A DNA stretch of 64,000 nucleotides from Octopus vulgaris (GCA_951406725.2 OX597819.1:127658001-127722000), one strand, 5' to 3'. Positions 1 to 14,127 are shown, counted from the stretch's first letter. Made by a program: numbers and translations. The notes: a model not told the origin generated them from the sequence alone.

Positions 1-10
1 AGGTGGTGTG

Positions 11-19
11 CAGGTGAGT
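11..19 (+). other. Possible 5' splice donor (CAG|GTGAGT)
   Basis: Perfect match to the metazoan donor consensus at the window start, followed by AT-rich intron-like sequence; the exon itself lies mostly outside the window. Confidence 0.3.
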
Positions 20-420
20 TACGTGTGCACTGGGTGTAAAGATATATATTTTGGACCAATTAAAAGTGTATTATGATTTAATTTATGTTAATGTTTTGTG
101 GCAGTTATGTCGTTGGCGGAATGCTTATTTAATTAAGCAACTAATATCAATACAAGTTGCGAAATTACAGCTAAATTGAATTTTTAATTCACCTTGATTG
201 GACATGAATTACAATTGAGACATTTCCCTTTTTTAATTGGGAAAACCGAATCATCAAAAATCGTCACTCAAATATTCCCGCAACCCATATTCGGACTCTT
301 ATGAATGTTTTCTATTTTTCACAGTCGTCCGAAATCGTAATCGAGTAACTAGGATTAAAGATTTCAGATGATTCAGCGCCCAATAATTTATCCCTTTTTT
401 ACTTATAATGCTGAATAATT

Positions 421-435
421 TTCTCTCTCTCTCTC

Positions 436-512
<77 letters not shown>
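421..512. repeat. (CT)n microsatellite
   Basis: Direct reading. Confidence 0.95.
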
Positions 513-518
<6 letters not shown>

Positions 519-805
519 CTCATGTCTCCACTCGCGTGTGTTCATTTATTTATTCCCTCTCACAAATACACCATGCATACACACACATTAAAACACACAC
601 ACAAATATATATACATGCTGTACATATGTAACACGTACATTAACCTGTGCGTGTGTGTGTGTGTGTGCGTATGTGTGCGTGTGTGTATGTGTTTTCTTTT
701 GTTTACGAAACTAATAAATTGATGTCATTTCAATTTTTCTATATCGTACATTTTCAAAATGTATTAAAATTTTGTTTCCTTATTTATTAATATTATCATC
801 CTTCA

Positions 806-868
806 TTATTATTATTATAGTTGTTGTTGTTGCTGCCATTGGTGTTGTCGTTGTTTTTGTTATTATTA

Positions 869-908
<40 letters not shown>

Positions 909-918
909 CATTATTATT

Positions 919-963
<45 letters not shown>
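806..963. repeat. (ATT)n/(GTT)n trinucleotide microsatellite
   Basis: Direct reading. Confidence 0.95.
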
Positions 964-965
<2 letters not shown>

Positions 966-1178
966 TCGCTTTTAGTATTTTATTAATATTGCAGTCAACA
1001 TCAGCATCATGTCTGTCACCAAAATTACCAATATTATTGTTTCTCAATAAATATAGATATATATATAGATATAGATTATACATAGACATACAGATATATA
1101 TTACATATTTATATTATAATACATATAATACTTAATATGAGTATCTGTGTATATTTGTATATGTACATATATATTATT

Positions 1179-1210
<32 letters not shown>

Positions 1211-1237
1211 CTTATATTATATATATATATGCATAAA

Positions 1238-1296
<59 letters not shown>

Positions 1297-1552
1297 CATA
1301 CACGTATGTAATTTTTATTTATCACATATGTATAAATATATTAAAATAATAACAGATTTTTTTTCTTTCGTCACTAGAATTAAGTTTCTATTTTCATTAA
1401 AAAAATAAATGATGGGTGTGGGGGGGGGGAGATGTTATCCTGTGAACAAGAATAAAAAATAACATTATGGAATTTAATTCCATAGATTATTGCAAAAGAA
1501 CTGTAACATTCTAAAGCACACATACCCAAACACACATACATACATATATATA

Positions 1553-1632
<80 letters not shown>

Positions 1633-1833
1633 ACATGTATACAGATATATATACACACAGACAGGCGTATACACAAATGCATACGCATATACACGACAAA
1701 AATATTCTAAATATTGTTCGTTTGTACATCAGAAAATATGTCGCTGTACGTACGTGTTTCCACGCACTCACACATGCACATATACTCGCAGTTATATACA
1801 ATGCACATGCATAAGAATACACGCACGTAGATG

Positions 1834-1892
<59 letters not shown>

Positions 1893-2485
1893 TTTGAGAT
1901 GGAGTATTTAATAAACGTACATTTAACTACCCTATGGAAATATGTATGTGCTTGCCATATATATCCATGTACCTGGGCGCTTCCCTGTGTATGTATATGT
2001 GTATAGCTGCCATGTATTTTTTGTTTGTGCTGTCCACATTTTTGTTGTGTACATCCATAACTTATGTTTGTTTTTCGCTATCCTATTAAAATATATACTG
2101 ATGGCAAATTTTCTTTCACTGAGAAAAATTTTGTAATGAAGTGTAAAATTTGTACTTAAATCAATTTCTGTACGCCACTGATATTTATTGAGCCAATGAA
2201 ATATTGTATCAGTGAACGCGATCTACTGGATATGACAGCCAAATACCACTCAAATCATACTCAACCATCTCCGGAAAGAAGATGACACGGATGGGTGTAA
2301 TCGTTGATACACTATTTGATGGAATGACCATGGTTAGGATGCCTCCGATCACACCTCTACTAAAACAAGGTTCGCATAGAGTTAGCAGCAAGGCCAGTGC
2401 CTCTTTACTTATTTCATCAACACTGAAGAGTTACAAATAATTAGCGGAAGACAATATTTGATGATAATGCAATATACATATATAT

Positions 2486-2565
<80 letters not shown>

Positions 2566-2582
2566 ACACACCCACACCCACA

Positions 2583-2629
<47 letters not shown>

Positions 2630-2636
2630 TTATACG

Positions 2637-3380
2637 TTGAGCAAGACCTTTACTGACATATACTTCGCCATCTACAAAGATGATTCCCTCGCCTTAACCG
2701 CAAATACCAATGAACCACTACAGGATCGGTTTAGGAAGGACATTATCCATTTGATGAAAACCCTCGGACTTAGTATAACTACAGACACCAACCTGACGGT
2801 TGTCAATTTCTTAGATGTATCCTTAAATCTAAATAAGAACATTTATAAGCCCTATAGGAAGCCCAATGATAGACTTAGTTATATTAATGTAGGTTCCTGC
2901 CAGCCCCCTATACTGTTTAAAAATTTAGTTAAAAACATTAGCAAGAGAATTTCTACCCTCTCCTCCGATAAGGACATTTTTATAGCGTTGCCCCAGCATA
3001 TAACAAGGCTCTAAGAGATAGTGGTTTTAGTGACGAAATAACCTATACACCTGCCACCAGCCCAACGATAACGAAGAGGAAACATAGGAATAGGAAAACC
3101 ATCTGGTTCACACCCCACTTCTCAGCCGAGGTGACCTTCAATATAGGCAAGTATTTCTTAGCACTGATAGATAGACATTTTTCCAGTCAACCATACTTAC
3201 AGAAATCTCTTCAATAGACACAACTTAAATATAAGTTTCAGCTCCACTATGAATTTTAAAAATACAATCGCGCACAACACATAAAAACCACAATACGAAA
3301 CTAGCTGTTCTTGCAAGGAAAAAAATTGTGCCCGCTAAATGGAGCTTGCATGTCCGAGACCATCATCTACGAAGCCACTA
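2637..3380 (+). pseudogene. Penelope-like element (Naiad-type) fragment: RT C-terminal/thumb, linker and start of GIY-YIG, frameshifted
   Basis: ORF 2637-3014 has YKDD (YxDD), VNFLDVSLNL and YKPYRKPN; after frameshifts it continues as RKTIWFTPHFS..NIGKYFLALIDRHF and CSCK..CPLNGAC..ETIIYEA, motifs typical of this PLE group. Confidence 0.85.
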
Positions 3381-3768
3381 AAGACACAGTTAAAATATGT
3401 TTGTGACATATTTCAGCTTCTAAAAGGAGATTCCCTACAGTTACTGCGGAGATAAAATTGCCTTTAATGGTAAAAACAAAATGGTATATAAACGTCATAT
3501 CTGTCGAATTTTCCCGGATACGTTTCTAGATATTTAGCTGTTCTCAGTGGGAAATACCGATGTGAGGCAACTCTCGAAAAATTTAATTAAAGCTGTAGCT
3601 TTAACTAAAACACAGTCACACGCATTTACTGAGCTTCAGCCATTAGACTGCAAGGTCAGAAAAAGTTACAGCAGTATCAGCGCCAAGCAGTGTTTAAGCA
3701 TAAGCGAATTTTAAGTTATTTGAAACATGTTTGTGACACATTTCAACTGCTAACGGCAAGTCTCATAT

Positions 3769-3864
<96 letters not shown>

Positions 3865-3871
3865 ATATATA

Positions 3872-4207
3872 AGTTCAGCAAAATTTAGATTCAGATGAAT
3901 ATGGTACTTAAGTTAAAGGCACCAGAATTTTGTATGGTATTATCCATATAAATCAAATGGGGTGATTATAATCAAAATAAGCAACAAGGATATCCAAGGT
4001 AGTGTAGTACAATTGTTCCATGCTACTTCATTTTATTAAATACTCTAAGTATTACATCAGTTTTAAAATGTCGAGCAATCTTCAGCCACATATAGAATTT
4101 TTTAATTAAACAGACAATGCATATTCTTATGCTTATTTCATTTGCCAACATTGCAAAGAGAGTAGATATATAGACAGAGATGTTGATTTCATCATTAAGA
4201 ACATGGT
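3872..4207 (-). mobile_element. Short non-coding PLE-derived element (pLTR-like) between TA arrays, carrying a hammerhead motif
   Basis: Homologous to 29416-29560 (shared ATCAAAATAAGCAAC..GGATATCCA); flanked by (TA)n-type repeats on both sides. Confidence 0.7.
4003..4090 (-). ncRNA. Type I hammerhead ribozyme, degenerate (GAAA>GGAA)
   Basis: Minus strand: TGTGG-CTGAAGA-long stem II-GGAA-CAATTG-TA-CTACA; stem I TGTGG/CTACA, palindromic stem III. Confidence 0.65.
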
Positions 4208-4832
4208 GGATATATATATATATATCCTCCATTCGACTTCCATATAATATTGTCTAACCACCAATGTTACCGTCGTTGCATTAACTAAACAGATGATTTG
4301 TTTTCAGTGGTGAAGACCTGCATAGAACCAGCCACAAGTTTCTGAAATGATCTTAGCAGGAAAGTGGTGCGAATTTTTGCTACAAACTCAATGAACAACA
4401 TATCTCCGGCTTTTCATGCCTTCGTCGTCGCTTAGAGTCTAACCCCACTTAGGTAAATTTCCACTTTTAACCTTTATATAAACTGGGTTCAAAGCAGATT
4501 TGATGCAGAAACAATGGTAACTGATCATTAAAGATGTGCGTATGCGTGGACAGACAGTTTTCCTACGTGCGCACCTGCGTGTGCGCCCGCGCCTGCGTGT
4601 GATACCGCGCCTGCGCCTGCGTGTGCGTATCTTAGTCTTTCTGATGTGTGACAATTGTAATCGATTTGCTTGCTTCCCTGTAACCCTCGGTTTGGCAAAA
4701 GAAATTTGATAGAATACGTACAGACTTTAAAAGGTATAATAATGGGGGTCGATTTGTTCAACCAAATCCTTCATGATAGTGTTCCAGCATGGCCAACGTC
4801 CAATGACTGAAAGATATCAAATAAATGCCAGG

Positions 4833-5322
4833 TTCATCATCATTGTTCGACCGTGGTCGAGACAATGGAATTTACTATGTTACACCAGACTTCACGGTCC
4901 ATCGTAGCATTACGGAGGTCCTGTTGCTGGATGCCTATATCCCTGGAGATTACATCAGGGTAGGAGTGTGTGTGCCCTCTGGTATCGTCAGCAGATGGCT
5001 TCCAGAGGAGAAGAGTAGAAATTGCCTCGTCTTCAGCTCTACAACAATGTCCAGCAAACTGGACTCTTCTACCTTTCACAAGAGATGATACAGGTGGTAG
5101 TTACCCATATATTTGTACTTTGGTTGGATGACGCTTCCACGAGATATTTTGAGCTCTCATAAGGAAGCGAGTGTAAGTTCCATCCAACAGCTTCTCAAGC
5201 TTCTTTGATAACGTCCAGCTCTCTGAGCCATATAGTAGAATTGGTTCAACTGTGGCTTTGAAGATTTTAAGTTTGAAATCTCTATTTAGATTTGATGACC
5301 AAATCTTATGCATATCATTAGA
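4833..5322 (-). mobile_element. RTE-clade LINE 3' fragment (5'-truncated) with (TGA)n tail
   Basis: KIFKATVEPILLYGSESWTL..LDGTYTRFLMRAQNISWK, RRVQFAGHCCR..LLLWKP and MDREVW are RTE C-terminal motifs; ends in TGATGATGA. Confidence 0.85.
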
Positions 5323-6019
5323 TGTACCGAAATGAATTAATACATCCAAACTGACTTGGAAGTGTTGCGTGTAACGACTTATACTGTTGCTTAGCCTCAG
5401 GTCAACCCCAAGTTCGTTTGTGTAGATGGCTAACGTTGAAAATCGGCGAAATTCTATTATCGGTTGACGAAATTCCATCAGAACACCGGTAGATGGCACA
5501 ACGTATCAAGTGATTTCGCCGTATCGCGAAACATAAGCTGCAGCTGACAAAAGCAAATACCACATAGAAAATTAGTCAAATCGATATAGAATAATACTGG
5601 CCAAACAGCGAATAGTGTCGCGAAAATCTGGCGGGCTGCGTATACATTAGCTATTAGCCACAGAAGCAGCTTTTGTGACGAATATTAAGTTTTTTAAAGA
5701 ATATCAATTAACATGTTCAGCCTAACTTGGATGAATAACTTAAGATGCCTTAGACTGCTGTAAACGTCCCGTAAAATCATTTCGAGTGGACGACAGATGC
5801 TAAAAAGCATTGAAATTCTATCATCGGTTGAGGAAATTCCGTCTAAAGTGTTATAAAAAGAACATCCAAGTCATTCAATACAAAAGGTGCTCCTGTCGCT
5901 GATAGCAAAGTAATAATATCATCTGGCCTATATGAAATTATTGTGTGCAAGTCAAGAATTGTAAGGTAAAATATTATTTGCTTTATCACCGTGATTATTA
6001 TTAATGGTATTTAGATAAA

Positions 6020-6306
6020 GGCGGCGAGCTGGCAGAATAGTTAGCACACCGGGCTAAATGCTTAGCGGTATTTCGTCTGCCGTTACGTTCTGAGTTCACA
6101 TTCCGCCGAGGTCGACTTTGCCTTTCATCCTTTCGGGTTCGATTAAATAAGTACCAGTTACGCATTGGGGTCAATATAATCGACTTAATCCGTTTGTCTG
6201 TCCTTATTTGTCCTCTCTGTGTTTAGCCCCTTGTAGGTAGTAACTAAATAGGTATTTCGTTTTTCTTTACATTCTGAGTTCAAATTCCGCCGAGGTCGAC
6301 TTTGCC
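6020..6306 (+). mobile_element. tRNA-derived SINE family A (GGCGGCGAGCTGGCAGAA head) with partial second body unit
   Basis: A-box TGGCAGAAT, B-box-like GTTCACATT, central GCCTTTCATCCTTTCGGG..GATTAAATAAGTACCAG; TSD GGTATTTAGATAAA at 6006-6019 and 6312-6325. Confidence 0.9.
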
Positions 6307-7226
6307 TAATAGGTATTTAGATAAATAGAAATATGTTTCCTTGTGACTTTTTTCTTGATCAGCATTGTTACTTTTCTTTGACTTTATTTCTTTGTTCGCT
6401 AGTTTTCATTACACTTTCAGTTTACTTACAAACCTTACGCATGAAACTATGCTAACTTCAATAAAATCCTGTATTTACCTCAGTGGTTCTTACACAGTGC
6501 ATCATGTCACACCAGTCAACCACAACATGTATCTTGGTGTCCGGTGGATTTTGAAAAAAACATAGTCCAACGCTTTAGAAAATTCATATTAATGCGTCAA
6601 TGTCTTGAGAAACATATTTTTTTTATAGTTTTGCTGTACATAAGATAAGCATTAATCTCTCTAAATATTTAACTTAACTTAATTTTTATTTTAATTTCCC
6701 ATTTGAAGTGCGCCAGTAATTGTTGTTATTTGGTTTTCAGAACACTGTCGATGTTTTTTCTTGATCTTCGATATTCCAGTAATTTTATTCGTTAATCTAT
6801 TTATTTTTTGTTATTATTTCATCTCGAGTCCACCGTGAAGCCACAAAGCTGAGGTCTAGTGATTTTAAGCAATAATCATTGTCCTTAAATGAAATAAAAT
6901 ACTGACAATTTTATGTAAAGAAAATCCGACAAGCATAGAGCCAAGTGAATGTCAGTTAACTCTTATAAGTTCATAGTTTATATATTCACAAAACCAAGTA
7001 TGAAACCATGATACTTTATCCAATAAAATATTTAATCTCTGCAATTTATATAATGAGAGACATCGGGTTCATTTGAAAGGATATAAAGCCCGGTAAAAAT
7101 GATCCTTTCAATTAGTTACATATCTTTTAGTTTTGGCCCCACCGACTACATTTACTTTACTGTTTCTCCAAGCGTTGCTGTTGTTTAGCCCCAGGTCAAC
7201 CCAAATTTATGGTTCTTATGTTCAAA

Positions 7227-7450
7227 GCGAGCTGGCTGAAACGTTAGCACGCCATGCTTAGCGGCATTTCGTCTGCCGTTACGTTCTGAGTTCAAATTCC
7301 GCCGAGGTCGACTTTACCTTTCATCCTTTCGGGGTCGATTAAATAAGTACCAGTTACGCACTGGGGTCGATATAAACGACTTAATCCGTTTGTCTGTCCT
7401 TGTTCGTCCCCTCTGTGTTTAGCCCATTGTGGGTAGTAAAGAAATAGGTA
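7227..7450 (+). mobile_element. SINE family A, single body
   Basis: Homology to the other family A copies in the window. Confidence 0.9.
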
Positions 7451-8041
7451 TACCTTCTGTGCCATCCAGTCTTCATTTTCTAGATACACAGATATACTGT
7501 ACACCGGACTATGCAATCAAATGTATTCGCATGTTTGACTGATATTTCTAGCAGATCCCGCCACTACAGAGTGGTTTTCTTTATGGATTATAATACATTT
7601 CTTTATGGATTATAATAGTAAAATATTGATGCTACATGTGACTACGTGCGACATACGATGCCAAAGTAATAAACGTATCTCTTCGTAATATAACTCAGCG
7701 TTTTTGATACCACTGCAATACCAGTGCATATGACGGAAGAATGATATATGATATATATCTACCTCGCCGAAGTAATAACTGATACATGCATAAATTTTCG
7801 GATCATGAAATCTCAGGGTGATTACACTGGAGTAATTCCAAGCGGAATTTTTCACACTGGAGAGTAATCTAAGTTCAACAGAGAAGCAGGAGTTGGCCAT
7901 TGTATTATTCATGTTTTTTCTTAAACAGATTTCGATACCCTCAACAAAATTTATTATTATTATTCTCACACACATGCGCACACATATACGCATGTATACA
8001 TACTGATGCACATATGTAAGTGTATATATATATATAAATAT

Positions 8042-8128
<87 letters not shown>

Positions 8129-8132
<4 letters not shown>

Positions 8133-8484
8133 TGCAGCGTGGAAGGTGTTTGTAAGCCATTTAAGAAACACACAAAAGCCGTTCGATTCACTTCAACATT
8201 TAAGTTTAATTTGTCAAAATATTTTCGGCGTTTTAAGACCGCGACCTGTTCACTGACAAAAATCCGTGCTGCATCTAAGCTTAGATGCAGCACGGATTTT
8301 TGTCAGTGAACAGGTCGCAGATTTTAGCGACGAAAATATTTTGACAAATTAAACTTAAATGTTGAAGTGAATCGAACGGCTTTTGTGTGTTTCTTAAATG
8401 GCTTACAAACACCTTCAACGCTGCAATTGTTTTCGTTTCAGCACACGATCTCAGATCAAATCACTTGCTATGCGAGTACATCTC

Positions 8485-8488
<4 letters not shown>
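8129..8488 (+). mobile_element. Fold-back element family F1: ~150 bp inverted arms plus ~59 bp unique tail, inserted in (TA)n
   Basis: 8129-8280 is the reverse complement of 8281-8429 (centre TCTAAGCTTAGA); homologous copies at 36543-36879 and 41242-41593. Confidence 0.9.
8299..8348 (+). ncRNA. Hammerhead-like motif with G3-C8 core (GTGAACA)
   Basis: TTTGTCA-GTGAACA-G-GTCGC(loop)GCGAC-GAAA-ATAT-TT-TGACAAA. Confidence 0.6.
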
Positions 8489-8522
<34 letters not shown>

Positions 8523-8526
<4 letters not shown>

Positions 8527-8745
8527 TGGGGAAAAAAAAACTTTTATCAATTCAAAATGAACAATTAAATTATACCATCTAGAAAATTACATATAATAGA
8601 AATATCAAAATTAAAATTACAATAATATACCGATGATTAAGTAAATTGCAATATAATAATAAAAACGTATATAATTGGTAGAATAACGACACGTGTTTCG
8701 TGGCTATATCTTATAGGAGTAGTAAAATCTCTTCGATATAAATAT
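8523..8745 (-). mobile_element. Truncated PLE-type terminal fragment with the 3' half of a hammerhead
   Basis: Minus strand GCCAC-GAAA-CACGTG-TC-GTTA at 8684-8704; lies between TA arrays; 5' core strand not seen. Confidence 0.45.
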
Positions 8746-8869
8746 ACTTCAAAATTTTTCTAATTTTTATATATATATATATATATATATTATATTGTAT
8801 GAAATTTGATTTAGTATTTCTAAATTGAATTTTTCTCTGTAAGTTAGGATTAATATTCCCTCAAATATG

Positions 8870-8902
<33 letters not shown>

Positions 8903-9603
8903 ATGTGTGTGTGTGTGTGTATGTATATGTATATATATATAACACATATATATTATCTATCAAAATCTACATATATATGTGTGTGTGTGTATGTGTGTGT
9001 GTGTCTGTGCGTGTTTGTGTGTGTGTGTGTGTGTGTAAATGTATGTATGTGTATCTCCATGTATATAAATAGTATGCAGATAGTTTGATAGATATTTACT
9101 CATAGAATAGAAAATTTAAAGGTTAAGAAAAGTTCACACGTTCTAAACTCCATAGGCCTCCCGCAGAATTCCTATGACAAATGCATATTTTCCTCTGTGT
9201 ATGTGTGTGCGTGTGTGTGTGCGTACGTGCGTGTGTGTACATACAGTATTATGTATGTATGTATGTATTTATGTATGTATGTATGTATGTATGTATGTAT
9301 TTATGTATGTATACCTACTGGGTGTATATGAAACGTATTAATAAAACAACAAAATATTTACAAAGTGCATGGAAACCAGATGAGCCTCCAGAATATGATA
9401 TTTATCTTTTATGATATTTATAAATCTTCTGTTTGCTTCCTGGTGTGTTGCGGTATATATTCAGGATGGAAACATTTGCTATGCTATGTAACATCATAAA
9501 CAGCACGCCGAAATCGCAACAGTCGATATTTCTTTACCCTCACAATCATTATAGGACTTCATTATAGGATGATCAATAAGATATCAATATTACTTGAATT
9601 TTA

Positions 9604-10464
9604 AGGCGGCGAGCTGGCAGAAACGTTAGCACGCCGGGCGAAATGCTTAGCAGCAATTCGTCTGCCGTTACATTCTGAGTTCAAATTCCGCCGAGGTCGA
9701 TTTTGCCTTTCATTCTTTCGGGGTCGATATATTAAGTACAAGTTACGCACTGAGGTCGATGTAATCGACTTAATCCGTTTGTCTGTCCTTGTTTGTCCCC
9801 TCTATGTTTAGCCCCTTGTGGGTAGTAAAGAAATAAGAAACGGTAGCATGCCAGCCGAAACGCTTAGCGATATTTCGTCCAACTTCGCCTTTCATCCTTT
9901 CGGGGTCGATAAATTAAGTACCAGTTACGCACTGGGCTCGATGTAATCGACTTAATACCTATGTATGTCCTTATTTGTTCCCTCTATGTTTAGCCCCTCG
10001 TGGGTAATGAAGAAATAGGAATTTTGTCTGCCGGTGCGTTCTGATTTCAAATTCCGCCGAGGTTGACATTGCCTTTCATCCTTTCGGGGTCGATTAAATA
10101 TATACCAGTTACGTACTGGGGTCGATATAATCGACTTAATCTATTTGTCTGTCATTGTTTGTCCCCTCTGTGTGTAGTCCCTTATGGGCAGTGAAGAAAT
10201 AGGTATTTCGTCTGTCTTTACGTTCTGAGTTTGTCCCCTCTGTGTTTAGCCCCGTGTGTGTAGTAAAGAAATGAGAATCGTTAGCACACCATGCAAAATG
10301 CTTAGGGGCATTTCTTCTGTCTTTACGTTCTGAGTTCAAATTCCGCTGAGGTCAAATTCATCCCTTCGGGGTCCTTAGATTAAGTACCAGTTGCGTACTG
10401 GGGTCGATCTAATCGACTGGCCTCCTCATCCAAAATTTCGGGCCTTGTGCCTAGAGCAGAAACG
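9604..10464 (+). mobile_element. SINE family A multimer (head plus about four body units plus alternative tail) inserted as one unit
   Basis: Repeated body units; 16-bp TSD AATATTACTTGAATTT at 9586-9601 and 10465-10480. Confidence 0.9.
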
Positions 10465-10513
10465 AATATTACTTGAATTTCGCAATTAATTGCAGAACCA
10501 GCCTTTTGGAATT

Positions 10514-10553
<40 letters not shown>

Positions 10554-11113
10554 CAGACAGACAGACAGACAGACAGCGACAGAGAGAGAGAGAGAGGGAG
10601 AGAAAGAGAGAGAGAGTAGATGATAAATAACTATCAGGATATAGTCGCTGATGCAGTTTCAATTTCTTCACTTGTCTTTCTAACGTCAAGTAAAAGTTTG
10701 TTCTTACTTGTATGAAACTAGTATTACATTGAACTAGCGAGGGATCCTTTGCACGATCACCCTAATTGTTAGAAATAACAAACAAATCTCCTTCATATCG
10801 TGCCCAATGATTTAACAATGGAAGGAAAGATTGCACAACGAAAAATTTAGAAATGGTTTAAAAGGGAAATTAACAGACATTGAAGTAAGTTATACATTCT
10901 CTGGTGACGAGTCGGTTCTAATAATCAATATTTTACGTATAAAATAACAAATTTTATCTTTCGCTAGTTTCAGCGTTGTCTATTTGAGTTGCTCGATCAA
11001 AGGATCACAATACCAATTGAATTACAATGTGGGCAGTTGACTATTTAGGATGTACTAGTGCTATGAACGTAGTCATCAACCGGAATCAGTGAGAACCGGC
11101 TTATATTACGGCT

Positions 11114-11280
11114 AGGTTTTTCGTCTGTCTTTACGGTCTGAGTTCAAATTCCGTCTAGGTCTACTTTGCCTTTCTTCCTTTCGGGGTCGATAAATTAAGT
11201 ACCAGTTACGCACAGGGGTCGATGTAATTGACTTAATCCGTTTGTCCCCTCTATGTTTAGCCCCTTGTGGGCAATAAAGA
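11114..11280 (+). mobile_element. SINE family A, headless body unit
   Basis: Homology; starts at the internal repeat junction (GGT..TTCGTCTG). Confidence 0.8.
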
Positions 11281-11464
11281 TGTAAAGGCTTCAAGATATT
11301 TTCTGAAAATATAATTCTTTTTTCGCAAGACAACAGTCGACTCGAGGTTATATTAAAATCCAGTTACAAAATGTAGTTGTTAAGCCTTCGGCCATGCTTG
11401 GTCTTTCGAACTATTCATTCAGACATACATGTATTTGGCCGTTGCGCTATAAATATTAAGCGTA

Positions 11465-11880
11465 AGGCGTCGAGCTGGCAGAAACGTTTGCGCGCCGGGC
11501 GAAATGCTTAGCGGTAGTTCGTCTGCCGCTACGTTCTGAGTTCAAATTCCGCCGAGGTCGGCTTTGCCTTTCATCCTTTCGGGGTCGATTAAATAAGTAC
11601 CAGTTAGGCACTGTGGTCGATATAGTCGACTTAATCTGTTTGTCCGTCCTTGTTTGTCCCCTCTGTGTGTAGCCCCTTGTGGGTAGTAAAGAAATAGGTA
11701 TTTCGTCTGCCGCTACGTTCTGAGTTCAAATTCCACCGAGGTCGACTTTGCCTTTCATCCTTTCGGGGTCGATTAAATAAGTACCAGTTACGCACTGGGG
11801 TCGATGTAATCGACTTAATCCGTGTGCTTGTCCTTGTTTGTCCTCTCTGTGTTTAGCCCCTTGTGGGTAGTAAAGAAATA
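11465..11880 (+). mobile_element. SINE family A dimer (184-bp body twice)
   Basis: Units start at 11513 and 11697; TSD ATATTAAGCGTA at 11453-11464 and 11888-11899. Confidence 0.9.
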
Positions 11881-12721
11881 TATATATATATTAAGCGTAT
11901 TGCCAAATACACAGCTATACTTCTACTGAGGATTTGAGCCCAAGACCTACTGGCATGTAGTGGAAAACAGGATCCACTCGACTATTTCACCTCTTTTTGT
12001 TATCTGATGTCATTTTTTTTTTTTTTTCAGAATCCCCTACGAAGAAAACCCGCCGTTAGGAATTGCTTGTCTTGCTGTGCGAGTCTCTCTCTCTCTCTCT
12101 ACAGCAACTCATAGTGTGCTGATACATTAAAGGTCGACGTCATATTTATGAGTTATCTCGGAATCATTGACTAATGTTTTCACAACATTTTCACAACTGT
12201 TGTAAACTGCAATCATGAAGAGGTTCAATGAAAAGCGGTGGAGGATGAAACGTGTCTGACTTCAATTCAGTGTGTGGTTTCTTTGCTGTTCCTGTTGAAA
12301 ACATAACCTCATGTGGTTTCGTTGAACTTTCATAAATAAATAAAGCCTCCTCCTGCATGCTGAAATGCAAATAGCACAAATTTATACGTGCAATACATAC
12401 ATATGTTGGTGATAGCTGTGTAACTCCTGTCTACGTCTTTGTTGTACATCAGGCGGTTGGTCCCTTGTAGAAAGTCTCAACGTTTCGTGCGTGGTTTTGA
12501 GTTAAATTAAACACATCTAAACCAATATAGTGATTACACTCAATTAAACATCTTAATAATATGAGCATGCAAATATGCTGAAAGAAAAAAATAAAGAATA
12601 TTATATATTGATATTTTTTCTTAATATTTGTTTCAAATACCTCGAGTTCCACAACAGTGATTTCGATTTAAATTGCCTATATCTAAGTATTATTAAATAT
12701 CACTTAATTAGTGAACAACAC

Positions 12722-12723
<2 letters not shown>

Positions 12724-12752
<29 letters not shown>

Positions 12753-12856
12753 TGTATGTATGTATGTATGTATGTATGTATGTATGTATTTATATATGTA
12801 TGTATTTATGTATTTATGTATGTATGTATATATTTATGTATGTATGTATGTATATA

Positions 12857-12889
<33 letters not shown>

Positions 12890-13145
12890 ATATGTATGTA
12901 TGTATATATATATATGTATGTATTTATTCATGTATGTATGTATGTATATATGTATGTATTTATGTATGTATTTATGTATGTATGTATTCATGTATGTGTA
13001 TATCTACACATGTATGCATATAGGCATGTATGAATATATGTGTACATACACAAATACTTATGTGTGCATATTTGTCTATATCTATGAATACTTATATACT
13101 ATTTGTAAATCAATAACTATATATGCATATATACATATATATCTG

Positions 13146-13190
<45 letters not shown>

Positions 13191-13207
13191 GTGTGTGTAT
13201 GTGTGCG

Positions 13208-13260
<53 letters not shown>
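12724..13260. repeat. (TATG)n/(TA)n microsatellite tract
   Basis: Direct reading. Confidence 0.95.
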
Positions 13261-13264
<4 letters not shown>

Positions 13265-13341
13265 GTTAGGTTTCCCGTCCGGCCCATAACCTCATATATA
13301 TATATAAATATATCAAATTATTTTATTTGTTCGTTGATGTT

Positions 13342-13358
13342 GAAACCTAGGTACACAG
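13342..13358 (+). ncRNA. 3' half of a hammerhead motif in a short element between TA arrays
   Basis: GAAA-CCTAGG-TA-CACAG with palindromic stem III; no upstream CTGANGA found. Confidence 0.35.
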
Positions 13359-13514
13359 CTAACTATCGGAAATGCTTTTATTTTTCATCCCCTTCGAAAT
13401 TACTCTTGTTCGTGGTTTGGGCTTTGACTGCTCTTTTTAGTATGCAAGGTTTCCTGTTAAGTTCACCTCTTTTCTATATAGAAATGTACACTAATTATAC
13501 ACACACACACACAC

Positions 13515-13556
<42 letters not shown>

Positions 13557-14127
13557 GTATATACATTTATAGTTAAATTTGTGCTTCACAATAAATATTA
13601 CAATTTAACAAAGGACACTCAATATGAAATTGAAAATCAGATTTAATAGAAGCTTAATGACCATATCTATGTCATTAAAATTAAAGGAGATTGTCGATAT
13701 CCAGCATATCAGACAGCGTAAATATATATGGTTCGGAACTACACTTTCCCAAACGTCCGAGCTTTCCCATCTAGTGTGAAAACCGTGTACTGTTATTGCG
13801 TCCCCAAATTCCATCCCCTCCTCACCGTGGTGGGGACGCTGGCAACGGGTAGTGTCAGATCTTTGCCACCTAAGGCGGATTGGTCTGACACCGAGTGGTA
13901 TTAGGGCCACAACCCGGCAGACGGGGCTCTGGTGAAAACCCTCGGAGTGTCTGTTTCGGCAACCGGCGGCTCCTCGGTCGTTCTGTCCCTGCGCCTGCGG
14001 ACAATCTGCGGCAAACAGGATGTCTCTACATGCGGGATTGTTGGGGACCGCTTGTGAAATCCACGTATTCCCACGAAACTTCTTCCGGTAGAAGAAGCCG
14101 ACACAACCCGCCCAGAGTGAATGTCGC

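Noticed and set aside
2637-3380. Selenocysteine-encoding Naiad element
   Set aside because: Conserved Cys positions here and at 38780-39170 are TGT/TGC; I saw no in-frame TGA at a Cys position and identified no SECIS
3553-3590. Hammerhead-like CCGATG..GAGGCAACTC..GAAA downstream of the Naiad fragment
   Set aside because: Core incomplete and stem I unsupported
6020-6110. tRNA-like sequences (also at 14533, 31004, 42644, 60788)
   Set aside because: They are SINE heads continuing into shared bodies with TSDs, not functional tRNA genes
9604-10464. Regularly repeated units resembling a CRISPR array
   Set aside because: Units are long SINE bodies without unique spacers, in a eukaryotic context with no cas genes
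12012-12085. Poly-T plus CAG acceptor (similar one at about 59229)
   Set aside because: No convincing donor or coding signal; such tracts are common by chance here
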